Assembly (NCBI GenBank): GCA_977018835.1 | Contig: OZ361257.1 | Coordinates: 4,464,001-4,528,000 of the forward strand | Length of the DNA: 64,000 nt | Reading direction: 5' to 3' | DNA from: Minutocellus sp. GHC0000111 | Lineage: Eukaryota | Shown: one piece after another, positions 10,943-21,462 of the stretch | How the letters are laid out: every line of letters begins with the position of its first letter | Numbering within the stretch: position 1 is the first letter of the stretch | The notes under the pieces: generated by a model | Databases searched by the model: none | Seen by the model: the letters and a program-made list of their open reading frames with translations, nothing else | What the model was told of the DNA's origin: nothing | Position numbers and translations under genes: made by a program

Positions 10943-11545
10943 TAAAATCTGAAACACGATCTGCCTGCCACAGCCGTTCAAGTTGGCATCGCCTGTGTTT
11001 TGCAGATGTTTCTACGATGTAACATGAGAGAGAGCAAGCAGCGCCAAAATCGACGGAAATAAGCGTGGAACATGTGTTTCTTCGTCGACCTAGTTTATTG
11101 CAACAACAAAAAACTCACACCCTCTTATTGCTAGATGGGCCGCGCCCACCCTCCAAGCGGTGACGACTGTCTGTCTTAGAGGGCACCCGGGCCCATCTCT
11201 AGGTAAAGGAGTTTCTCGCCGGAGCCTTGACGACCTTTTCTCGATGGGATGTATGTGCAGCCAATGCCCTTCATTGCAAGAGCCCTGAATCTATTTTTAG
11301 GTTTTGACAACTCTAATCTCCTATAGAGGAAGACAATATCGAGTTTGTGGATTCCTTCTCCACCCCCCTCTGACAGTAATTGTACTGCACCACATCTTTT
11401 TCAAGAATTGTTTTTAAAATACATTTTGGATATAATAGTTCTAATCCGTTCGAACTTGCTTTGTGCCCCGCTCAATACCATGGTTCTCTTGTCGATATTA
11501 CTATACATGATATTTATCGACATCACTCACAAACCTCCTAAACAT

Positions 11546-12815
11546 TTATTGATCCTTCTTCTTCTTGGTCGGGCGGTACTGACTAATTACAACGGCGTGA
11601 TCACGTTCATACGGCTCAAGGGTGAGCTGCTCTAGCGGCTTGAAGTTCTCTTCCTGCAATTTGCTCACTTCTCTGCGGAACACAGCCTCAGGTGCGGCAG
11701 TGGAATCGACACAACTGGCCTTGATGGCAATTACGGAATGTCCACCGTTCTTGAGGAAGTGGTGAGAGTTGAGCGCAACAATACGGGCCTGATCGGGCTG
11801 GGCAATATCGGCAAAGACACAATCGACCATACCCACGAGCATGCGGTACTTCAGAGGATGACGGGCATCCTCGATGATGGGGATGACGTTGGTACGGGAT
11901 TTGGCCACATTGATGAGATCGCGGCCGGGTCGGTGCGAGAATTCAACAGCGTACACGGCACCAGTGGGACCGACAATGTCGGACACATGCGACACAGAGG
12001 TACCGGCGGCGGCACCAAGGTAGAGAACCTTGGAACCAGGCTTGATCCAGATGTTGTCAACACCACCGAGAACAGCGGCGGCAACTGAAAGATTGAAGAA
12101 AGACATCGCAAAAATGTTAGAGAGGCGACTTTTGAAGTGAAATCTCGCAGAGAACTCGCTAAAATCAAATTCAGCAGCAGCAACTCACTCTTCGATCGGA
12201 AGGGGTTCCAAACACGGTATTCAACCTTGGTGGCGTTGCCATCCGGTCCTGGAGGTCCATCGACGGAAATTCGCTTCTCTCCGTAAACCGCCACGCCGGG
12301 GGTCGAGTTGAGCGTGACGAGGGCATCCTCCTTGCCACGGGCGATGAAGATACCCTCGTGACGGTGAGGTTCGACGACGACCTTGGCACCGCCCTTCATG
12401 CCGCCACCGCGTCCGCCGCCACGGCCTCCGCGACCACCGCCACGTCCACCCCGGCCGCCTCCTCGGCCTCCGCCACGTCCTCCGCCGCTAATGTGTTCAG
12501 ATGAAAAGTAAAGAAAAAAGATATGTCAGTTTTTCGAATATGACACGAGATGTGTAGGTTTCAATCGGAAGAGTAAAAAGAGCACCTCATCTCTGAGTGA
12601 ATCATATTCAATTAGCAGACGAGCCCCTCAGCAATACAGGCATACTGCGCAAGATATATTGTGACATCTGCATCGGGATCAAGCCGAACTCACCGTCCAC
12701 CGCCGCGTCCGCCGCCACCGAAGCCGCCACGTCCGCCACCGCGTCCTCCGGGAGAACGGCCACCACGGCCTCCGCCGCGGCCGCCACGTCCTGGTGATCT
12801 ACCACCGAATGCCAT
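11546..12815 (-). CDS. FBL: Fibrillarin, rRNA 2'-O-methyltransferase (exons 12815-12694, 12487-12189, 12084-11546; copy A)
   Basis: RGG-rich N-terminus, [51 protein letters not shown] introns restore the frame. Confidence 0.97.
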
Positions 12816-13121
12816 TTCTTATTGCTCTTGGTTGCGTACTACAGCTGCACCGCTGGGTTCTTTGTCTGCAATAGGAATTCCTAGGCCTACATGCAGGCGA
12901 CGCGTTGAAGGGCTGAGATTTGATGGCGGATGGCTTGTCGACGGACGAAGAAAGACGCATGGCGCTTAAAAATCCACTCCCCGAAAAATTACCTGGAAAT
13001 GATTTCTCATTATATATGGAGAGAAGGAGTGTATATACACATCGTTGATGTGCGAATGAATCATCCTCCCATTAGATCTAGAGTCTAGCACCGGTGTTGT
13101 TTCATTATGTTTTATCTTGGA

Positions 13122-14636
13122 TTATCTCGCTCTACTCCGTGTTCTTCTCTTATTTCCCTTGGGCTTGCCGCGTTGTTTATCTATCCTCTCTCGCACAGCT
13201 TCCACCTTTTGGATGCCCTCTTCCTTGGCTCCGGTGAGCTGGAATGCCTCTCGGACGAGAGAATACGTCACATTAGAAGGCTGGCACTGTCGATCCCCAG
13301 CGATGTGAAGCAAGGCACATTCGACGAGGAGATCCCAAGCCCTACTTTTCGATCGTTCCAATGCTTCACTGATATCTTTGTCGTCTTCGTCTGAGTCATT
13401 TCGCTCTTTTATCATGGCCATTGAATTGACATGTGCTTTGATCGCAGCAGTGTATGATATCGCATTGCAGCTCACACTATCATCTCCCAGCGCATCGAGA
13501 GTTTTCATCTTCGATATGATTGCATCCGCCTTTTCTCCCGCATCAACCCAGCCGCTATTTGCATATGCGTTGATGACCGTGGAGTAGCTGATGCTATCAG
13601 GACGTATGGCATCATCCTCTGCCACAGAATTGGAGAGATTTTCCATTACTTCCAAAAATAACTCAGCTTTTTCGGCGTTGGCAGGCCCTCCTTGCTTGGC
13701 GAAGCAATTGATAGCCGCATTGTAAACGAAAGTTGTAGGCTTGCAACTCTGAATGCCGAACTGGTACATGCTCTCCATCTGTTGCAGCAACGCCGCTGCA
13801 TGCTCACTGGCCTGTTGATCGCTCCGATCGTTTGCATAAGAGTTGATTATTGCACCAAACGTCAATGAATCGGGCACAAGGTCGGGATACGGGCCTTCAT
13901 CGTGTTTCGTTTCCATCTGATTTAGCAAACTTCGAGCTCTGTCGGCACATCCCGGCGATCTTGATCGTGCCACGGCATTAATAGCCATGTTGTAACTTCT
14001 AGCATCGGGCTGTAAATCCTCTGGCCGACCAGCTTCTTCATACAATACATTCATTTCTTCCAACAACCGAACGCAGTTATCGGCGGCATTCTTCTCCCTA
14101 CTTCGCGACCAGGCCGTGATGCACGCATTCAGAGTAAAGCTATTTGGACGGGCATCGGGATAGTCACCGCTCCGCCAAAGCTCAATGGCTCGATGCAATA
14201 TCTTTTCAGCACGCTGTGCAGCATGAGGCTGCGTCGATCGAGCCCATGCGTTACATGCCGCCGTGAACGACACCACATTTGGTCGAATACCAGTATCACC
14301 GGCGAATTCGTCATCGGCAAGCACGTCGTCTACAGCCTTCCAAAGACGTTCTTCGACGATGCCGGCACTCTTGTTGTCAAAGTTCTGCGACATTGTCACC
14401 AGCTTGTTGTTGAAATGAATTGTCTCCGGACTGACATCTCGTTCACCTGTTGGAGTTTCGTCCTGACTAACATTATCAGAGGAGCCAACATCGACGCCAG
14501 GCGGAGATGAGAAGAGAACACGAGGCGGTGCCGGTTGTGCTACTATCGGTATCCTTCCTCTCTGCTGGGACGGAAGAAACCCGTGTATCCCATGGGCAAG
14601 TAAAATAAGCGCAAACAAGCTTATGTTGTGGGGCAT
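13122..14636 (-). CDS. Pentatricopeptide-repeat protein, probably plastid-targeted (copy A)
   Basis: Repeated P(N/D)..S(F/Y)...I.A(W/Y)A motifs. Signal peptide ending IHG-F from ATG 14636. Confidence 0.9.
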   Translation of the reverse strand: MPHNISLFALILLAHGIHGFLPSQQRGRIPIVAQPAPPRVLFSSPPGVDVGSSDNVSQDETPTGERDVSPETIHFNNKLVTMSQNFDNKSAGIVEERLWKAVDDVLADDEFAGDTGIRPNVVSFTAACNAWARSTQPHAAQRAEKILHRAIELWRSGDYPDARPNSFTLNACITAWSRSREKNAADNCVRLLEEMNVLYEEAGRPEDLQPDARSYNMAINAVARSRSPGCADRARSLLNQMETKHDEGPYPDLVPDSLTFGAIINSYANDRSDQQASEHAAALLQQMESMYQFGIQSCKPTTFVYNAAINCFAKQGGPANAEKAELFLEVMENLSNSVAEDDAIRPDSISYSTVINAYANSGWVDAGEKADAIISKMKTLDALGDDSVSCNAISYTAAIKAHVNSMAMIKERNDSDEDDKDISEALERSKSRAWDLLVECALLHIAGDRQCQPSNVTYSLVREAFQLTGAKEEGIQKVEAVRERIDKQRGKPKGNKRRTRSRAR

Positions 14637-15322
14637 GATGGCACGCAATGGGCGAACGGGGTCGTTTTATTGGTGGGTCTTCGTCTCTCGGCTCTGCTCA
14701 TGAATTGCTGCGGCCTCAAATATCTGCAAATAAATAATAGAAGTACATTCGCCAGTATGCGAAGCAAACGGCCGAGAAGCAACTTGCCGTTTCATTTTCT
14801 ACCACGATGGCCGTTTCTTATAGGTATGCCGCCTTCTTTCTCCGCTGCGATCTGATGTTCGTTCGCCTCCACCCTCAAGACTTCGCTCATTTATTTGCTC
14901 TGCGATATCGGCGGCTGCTACTTTCGCCCAGCCGACGAGACCAACGACCGTCACACAGATCGACATACCAACGACATTTTAATTTCCCATCATCCCAGGC
15001 TTTCAAGCGGTTCTTGTGCCTCAAACATAGAACCCGGGGAGGTATTCTCCGTACAAATCCTGCCTTTGTTTCGGACCCCTTTCAAGGCACAACAGAGAGA
15101 AGCGGGTGTCCAGGGATCTCCAAAATGGAATCCACCCCCTACATGCATGTAACGGCATTTTGCATTGTTCATGCATGTGTGTTTTTTCTCCAGTGGCTGT
15201 GACATGCATCTCTCCAAAATGGAGTATGTAGCAGCCATCACCCAATCATCATAAGCATTGCTTCATGTTGTAGCGGCTATGCGTTGGGTAGGGGATAGTT
15301 AGTCATAAGGCTTATGATAATC

Positions 15323-15381
15323 GTGCACGGTCCATTCCCCTCTCCAATCGCTACAAATAACAAAGGGGGTGGACCGTGCAC
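15323..15381. repeat. 59-bp inverted-repeat mini-element/hairpin (also at 52097-52155)
   Basis: Perfect 12-bp IR GTGCACGGTCCA...TGGACCGTGCAC with further imperfect pairing, flanked by ATC on both sides. Confidence 0.7.
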
Positions 15382-15444
15382 ATCATTTTATTTTACTATC
15401 TGTAGTATTCGCTCGAATGATTGCTTAATACGAGACGCATGCCA

Positions 15445-16812
15445 CTACTGATTATCACCAGTAAGAGAACGATACTTATTCATCTTGCGCCAGTCCGCCA
15501 CTTCCCCAGTGATGGCCATAATGGTCGATACGATGGCACAGGCCATGCTGATTTCTTCCCATTTCAGGATCTTGCTATGTCCAAGCTCGATCAATACAGC
15601 ATATGCAATCACAAAATGCGCTATTGCATCAACGAGATCGGCAACTGCAGCACCGGCAAACATTGTCGAGGGCAAGCACGGCCTTCGTTTGCTGGGCAAG
15701 GTGCCATATGCAGCCCATTCAAAGTCTTCCCTCTCTTCACGAACCTCTCGTATCCTTTTCACGTCGGCTTTGAGCAACCAAAGAGCAAACAACCCTCCCA
15801 GAGCCGGCAGAGCAATGAGAAATATCCTTGCCACCGATCGAGCCATACGTTCGGTTGTTCGCACGGCAGCATACGAAGCTCGATCTGTGGCAGTTGCCGC
15901 CGCCCGACGTCCCTTGGATGCAAGAACCAGACCAGTTTCCGACGTACGCTCACCAAGTTCAGCCACATGCCTACCAATGGACCGACGTGCTGCCGCGGAG
16001 TATTTGGATGAGGCAGTAGCACCACGCTCAGCTGCTCGTTCGGCCATCCTCTGACCTGTCCGCTCCGTAATACGCTCACCAGCACGTTCCGCCACACCGG
16101 TGGCCATACGACGTTCTCCTCTGGACAAGAATCGCTGTCCAGTCCTCTCAGCTACCCGCTCCCCCGTCCGTTCGGCCACGCCCGTAGCCATTTTCCTTTC
16201 GGCCCTGGACAACAACCGCTGACCAGCGACAGCACCACGCTCAGCAACTCGTTCTCCAGCTCTCTCACCAAATCGCTCCCCATATCGTTCCACACCTCTT
16301 CCGGTCACGCTTTCCCATACAATTTGAATTCTCTCAAACAACCGTTCTACCAGCCGGCTCAGGCCCTTTCGTTCTGTAGATTTTAGCAACTGAGTTGCCG
16401 CCTTTTCACCAAGCTTGATGCTGGTCTTTTCTTTTGCTCGATGTTCCACTTGATGCATCGCACCGCTAAACATGTGACTCTTGGCATGGCGCTGTTGTCT
16501 TTCCTCCTCATTTTTTGCATCGTCTTGCAGCTTTTGTAAGTGGCAAGATATATGCCGATTGTTTTGTTTGGCATCGTCATTATTCGAGATGAAGATTGCA
16601 GCTGGCCGGCGACGAAGGCGTTCGTTTGTAGACGGAGATATGAAGCAACTGTCAACCGCATGGTCGGCTTCGGGATCGTGCAGTCTATTGCAACTGCGGG
16701 CATCCTTTGGTGAGTTGTGTGCCGCTGCCGAAACAACGAAGAATATCAGCAAAAGCGCACTTTGTACGTACAAGAGAAGCCTTTGGCTACAATCATTGCA
16801 TCGCTTTGCCAT
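15445..16812 (-). CDS. Hypothetical protein with signal peptide, GER.AER repeats and C-terminal TM helices (copy A)
   Basis: 455-aa ORF with a hydrophobic N-terminus and repeated GERVAER units. Confidence 0.75.
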   Translation of the reverse strand: MAKRCNDCSQRLLLYVQSALLLIFFVVSAAAHNSPKDARSCNRLHDPEADHAVDSCFISPSTNERLRRRPAAIFISNNDDAKQNNRHISCHLQKLQDDAKNEEERQQRHAKSHMFSGAMHQVEHRAKEKTSIKLGEKAATQLLKSTERKGLSRLVERLFERIQIVWESVTGRGVERYGERFGERAGERVAERGAVAGQRLLSRAERKMATGVAERTGERVAERTGQRFLSRGERRMATGVAERAGERITERTGQRMAERAAERGATASSKYSAAARRSIGRHVAELGERTSETGLVLASKGRRAAATATDRASYAAVRTTERMARSVARIFLIALPALGGLFALWLLKADVKRIREVREEREDFEWAAYGTLPSKRRPCLPSTMFAGAAVADLVDAIAHFVIAYAVLIELGHSKILKWEEISMACAIVSTIMAITGEVADWRKMNKYRSLTGDNQ

Positions 16813-17065
16813 GGTTTTGATGGTATCTTGGCCGTATCTTCAAAGTTGGCACAAGATGTGCTGATTAATCAAAGTCAACAAAAGATCGTCTGTCCGTCAT
16901 CATTGCAGCGCAGTTTGCTGAGTTGCATGCAGAGTTTCGATGCCTATACAGCATCGAGCGAGTAGGAATCTCTAGCTCTAGGACCTAGACCTGGGGACCT
17001 GGGGGTACGACGAGTAGTACAATCGTCTTATTAAGCGGTGGCCCTTCATAAACAGCGAAACAGCA

Positions 17066-18310
17066 ATGTGCCCCCGAGATGAGAATGAGGCAAACAGCGA
17101 TCCCAAGCATGGTTTCTGCCCCTGCGGTCGTTCACAACAATCATCATCATCGTCATCACCCGGCATCCGGTCCAGAATGTTTGGTATCGGCATGAAGGGC
17201 GGCGAAGCGGCCAGAGTTACCGACGTTTCAAAATTCCTAAACTGGTCCTGGTGGATCTACCTGACACCATCTTTCCAATCTACAGTATTTCACCGCCCGG
17301 GCCTTCATTTGTCGGTTCTCGGATATTTGATTGTGGCCAACTTGGTCTTTTGGAACAAGCACTATGCACCGCAATATGAAATATACGACGTTGATGACTT
17401 TGCAGGTACCACGCTGGATAATCTGGCACTTCGATTGGTGGTGTTTGTGTTGTCGTCTTACATGTTTCAAGTGGTCAGCGCCTATTGGACTGGGACAAAG
17501 CACAAGGCATCCCGAATGTTGAGAGGGATGGCACGATCAGTAGATGCAATCAGTACTATTTTGGACTACTCTAATCCCCGCTCAGAGAAAGTGCTGAATG
17601 AGATTCGCGACGCATTTGTATTGGTGGGAAAATACAGCCTTTGCATTTCGGCGCGACACACAAAGCATGCGCTCTCCATGGATGAATTGGCCCATCTCTT
17701 CCAAGGCGTGCGTTACAACAGCGACCTGCTCTTGAAGAAAATACACTGCAAGCAGGCAACAAATGTATTGCGCCAAGCAGTGCTCCAGACAGTACAAAGG
17801 GAACGCTTAAAAGACGATGGGTGCATGAGATTGATGTCCAATGAATCTTTCGATCGTTTTCAAACGCATCTATTTGAATTGACTGATGGTGGGCGAAAGG
17901 TGATGTCATCAACAACAAGTAGCAAGTTGCCCTTCGATTTGTATCAGCTGGTGACATGGGGGACCAAAATGATGCTCTTCTTTTACGTGACCGGGGTCTA
18001 CTCAACAGTATCGCGAGAATTGGTTTCATCAGGGAGCGCAGTTCCTTTCTCTTGCCTTGGAGGTACCGTGATGCCTGATGAGGGAGAAACCTACTGCCCG
18101 ACAAGATTTTATGTCATTCTCAACTTGTTCTACGCATCGGTGCTCTACTTTATTCTCGGATGTCTTGAAATTTACCATAGTGTTACCAAAATCTGGGAGA
18201 ATGGGTTGGTATTGAGAAATTACATGACAGTGGTTGATTTGCTCTGCGAACCCTTGGTGGCTAGTCCATGCACTCGACCACCCGATCTGAGTTATTATCG
18301 AGTCAATTGA
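17066..18310 (+). CDS. Divergent bestrophin-like membrane protein (copy A)
   Basis: VFVLSSYMFQVVSAYW, LPFDLYQLVTW and YFILGCLEIYHSVTKIW parallel the bestrophin segments FVLGFYV..VV.RWW, IPLVY.QVV and FFY.GWLKVA....NPF. The canonical RFP motif is not seen. Confidence 0.6.
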   Translation: MCPRDENEANSDPKHGFCPCGRSQQSSSSSSPGIRSRMFGIGMKGGEAARVTDVSKFLNWSWWIYLTPSFQSTVFHRPGLHLSVLGYLIVANLVFWNKHYAPQYEIYDVDDFAGTTLDNLALRLVVFVLSSYMFQVVSAYWTGTKHKASRMLRGMARSVDAISTILDYSNPRSEKVLNEIRDAFVLVGKYSLCISARHTKHALSMDELAHLFQGVRYNSDLLLKKIHCKQATNVLRQAVLQTVQRERLKDDGCMRLMSNESFDRFQTHLFELTDGGRKVMSSTTSSKLPFDLYQLVTWGTKMMLFFYVTGVYSTVSRELVSSGSAVPFSCLGGTVMPDEGETYCPTRFYVILNLFYASVLYFILGCLEIYHSVTKIWENGLVLRNYMTVVDLLCEPLVASPCTRPPDLSYYRVN

Positions 18311-18623
18311 TAAAGAAAGGGAGGGGAAGTAGTTTTCCAATTCCAAAGTAATGTCAATCAAAAGCAAAACTTTCGCTAGCTAGCTACGTAGATTCTAGCT
18401 ACGTAGCTACATGTAGGGCTTTTGTCGCGGCGGCGGCAGCAGCCAAAATTTGTCCATGGCTTGTTAGAGAACTCCAAGTGGAAAACTTCGGGGTGTGGCC
18501 GAGCTGAGCAAAGGATTTCGCTGAGAGGCGCGAAGAGAAGGCCAACAATCAAGATGATGACCGCAGTGGAGGCGGCAATGCAATTGACTTGATGTAGAAA
18601 GAAGCAATATTCCCGCAGCTACA

Positions 18624-19892
18624 ATGTATCATCTCGACATGCCCTCCCTTCGTCGGTTTGCTGTCAATCCGAATGACAGTTCTGTTCCTCTGCGAAAACT
18701 CACCCTCTTCTCGAAAGTCAACCTCTTCTTGCTACACGTGTTCTTTTCCTTCTTCCAATGGATTCTCGAGCCATTCGGCTTGGCAGTTCCGGTTGGCACG
18801 GCATTCCTAGCCAGTATGTTTGGCTTCATGATATTTGTTCCTCCGCTTGTGTGCTGGTTGGCGCTGTGTGGCGCTGACTTGGTTCTGCCAGGAACATACG
18901 ATGCAGTGATAAATGTCAAGGCATATTGGATATCTGCCTGGATTGCATGGTACCTCTTCACATTGGTAACCGACAAGGCGCCAAGAACTCCCGTTGGTGC
19001 CAACCATCGCGCACCGACAAATGCCATGAATTCTGCTGCGCATAAAATGTACTACTGGAATGTGAGTTGTATCATAGTTTTATTGAGAGAAGGTTGCAAT
19101 ACGAGTTCGCCATGGCATGGATTCTGACATTTATTTATCTTCTGTTTTCACACTCTCCAGTGCATTGACTATTTCCCAATTGAGTGTGTGCCATGGGCTG
19201 AAGATGCAACATTGCCACTTGATCGACAATATATATTTGCAATTCATCCGCATGGAATTTTCTGTTGGGGTTTGTTCATGTTTGCTGCAGCTGGGACCCC
19301 TTTTGATAGGCGATTTCCAGGCCTTGCTGGGAAAAAGTTGGTTGGATTGATTGCAACTGTTCTATTTATCGTTCCAGTCATTCGAGATTTCTTCCTGGAG
19401 TGGCCATACATTGACGCATCTCGTGAAGTCGCGAGCGAGGCATTGGATGCTGGTTTGAGCCTGTATCTAATACCTGGAGGTGAGGAAGAGGTCGTAGTGA
19501 CAAAATACAGCGAGGATGCGACCGTTTTGATGAAACGAAAGGGATTTATACGGCTAGCTCTGAGCTATGGAGCTGATATCGTGCCGGTTTGGGGCGCTGG
19601 CACCACCGATTCCTTCCGAACGTATCCGGCCATCTTTGGATTTCGAAAGTGGGTGCAAAAGAATCTCGGTGTAGCAATTGCAAATTACCACGGCAGGGGT
19701 GGGACACCCCTGCCTTACAAGGACAAGCCGGTGAGGATACTCATTGGAAAGCCAATACCTACGCCCATGCCAAAGGTAAAGGGCGAAAGACCTGATCCAA
19801 AGGTAGTTGATGAATATCATGCCAAGTACGTGGCGGCATTGAAGGAGCTTCATGATGCTCACGTACAAGATCGGCCTCTCAAAATATTGTGA
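18624..19892 (+). CDS. DGAT2: Diacylglycerol/monoacylglycerol acyltransferase, DGAT2 family (exons 18624-19061, 19161-19892; copy A)
   Basis: Spliced product gives DYFP, HPHG, PGGEEE, RKGFIRLAL and GADIVPV motifs. GTGAGT...CAG intron. Confidence 0.92.
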
Positions 19893-20216
19893 TTATGAAG
19901 TCAGACAACTCCATGCTAGCTATTGCAATACCGTTTTGCTGAGGTAAACACTTATTGCTTCTATATGAAATCAAGGAGGCGAGAGGATGCAATGTACTAG
20001 ATGCAGTAACAACGAACTTTGATGGGCCCCTGCCCCAAAGGACAAACGTAGATCCTCTGTTTCGTTCTCACACAGATGACCGACGGTTCCGACTTCCGTA
20101 TAAACTGCCATCGATATCAATTCTGTTTTGCTCTCTCCTCACTTTTATATCACAAATAAATGCAACGCCGCAACATATCGTTATAAACATCGACTGCCCG
20201 TTCATCTTTCACTCGT

Positions 20217-20699
20217 CTACAGACCGTAGTTCAATCGGAAGATGTCATTGTGGACGTAGTACTGGCCGGGGGCGGTGCTGACGAGCTGGAACATCTCGCA
20301 GAAGTGCAGTGGGTTGTCACCGCCAATCTTGATGGTGCCGGTGACGAAAATGAGCATGGCGTTGGGGTTGTTGGAGGGCTGAACGTCCATGGACTTGACC
20401 GTATGCTGGACAGGGCCGACGGACTTGTACTTGGCCACGATGGCCGCACCGCCCTGGACCTGGTTGCTCTCGAAGGTCAGCATGGAGCTGTCTTGCTGTC
20501 GGGGTAAAGAGGAGTGGATGGCCGAGATGGATGAATGGATTAGGACAACGGCTGATTTGATTTGAATCATAAAAGAAATGCAGAATGCATAAGTCCCATC
20601 ATATTCACTCACGTAAAGCCCGGCCAGACCATCGACGTTGGTGTCCTTCATCTGATAGTAGTGCTGGGTGAAAGCCTTGGCAACTTCTTCGGCGCTCAT
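20217..20699 (-). CDS. NTF2: Nuclear transport factor 2 (exons 20699-20613, 20495-20217; copy A)
   Basis: AKAFTQHYY, SMLTFE, DVQPS, IFVTG, NDIFRLNYG. A 117-bp intron is read through by the ORF track. Confidence 0.93.
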   Translation of the reverse strand: MSAEEVAKAFTQHYYQMKDTNVDGLAGLYVSEYDGTYAFCISFMIQIKSAVVLIHSSISAIHSSLPRQQDSSMLTFESNQVQGGAAIVAKYKSVGPVQHTVKSMDVQPSNNPNAMLIFVTGTIKIGGDNPLHFCEMFQLVSTAPGQYYVHNDIFRLNYGL

Positions 20700-21306
20700 G
20701 GTTGAAAATATATTTTTGCTGATTTAGAATGTGCTGAGAAACCAAAAGAACAAAGGGGTCAATAATGAGTAAACTACAAGCTGCAAACACTTTGATACTA
20801 ATCCGCACATCGGGGGGGGGATAAATGAGGCCGTTGCTCCGCCCTTTGCTAGAGACGGAGTCCCGTTGCTTCAAGACACATCCGACACGTGCCAACCAAC
20901 CACCGAATTACACCCAAATCGTTCTCTCCCGCCAACTCTTGAGCCCCATGCATTTCCACCGAAGTGCATAAGAGGCACATGTATTCAAACCGGAGGTTGG
21001 CGGCCGGGTCCTCGGTTGACTCGTCCGTGGACAAAAAAGGCACGAGATGTGCTGACTTCGCTTTCCAGCCCCAATACCCCCAACACGCCCAACCGCCCGA
21101 ATCAAACACGCGTTGGTACACCCACAAAGGCCTCCGATGTCCTTTGTCCCTCCGCCCCGCTGAACTACATCCCAACTTACTGGTGGTTTTATCGGTGCGG
21201 AACCGGTACATGCTGTACAGTCGAAAGCACGGGACCAACAACGGCCATCCTTGCCCGATGAAGGACAGGCTGTCGATTTGCTTATCGCATAGCATCGCCG
21301 CGAATT

Positions 21307-21445
21307 CACAGGCAGGCGAGCCTCAAGCAACTGCCGCAACTCTTGAATTAGAGGAGCGAGTAATTATCATCGAATTTCACAGGCGAGCCTCAACTGCCGC
21401 AACTCTTGTATTAGAGGAGCGAGTAATTATCATCGAATCTCACAG
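21307..21445. repeat. Imperfect ~63-bp tandem repeat (2 units) just upstream of PCIF1 (also at ~58093-58231)
   Basis: CAACTGCCGCAACTCTTG(A/T)ATTAGAGGAGCGAGTAATTATCATCGAAT occurs twice. Confidence 0.9.
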
Positions 21446-21462
21446 TTGCCTAAAGGACGAAG

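Larger units (their letters stand above)
9729..11201. mobile_element. Putative decayed TIR (hAT-like termini) element carrying gene fragments (copy A)
   Basis: Left end CAGCAGATGGCCCGGGTGCCC; right-end reverse complement TAGAGATGGGCCCGGGTGCCC. No TSD and no transposase recognised. Confidence 0.4.

Noticed and set aside
20750..21300. Overlapping ORFs between NTF2 and PCIF1
   Set aside because: This is a divergent-promoter region. The ORFs lack protein-like features, and no RNA gene was recognisable.
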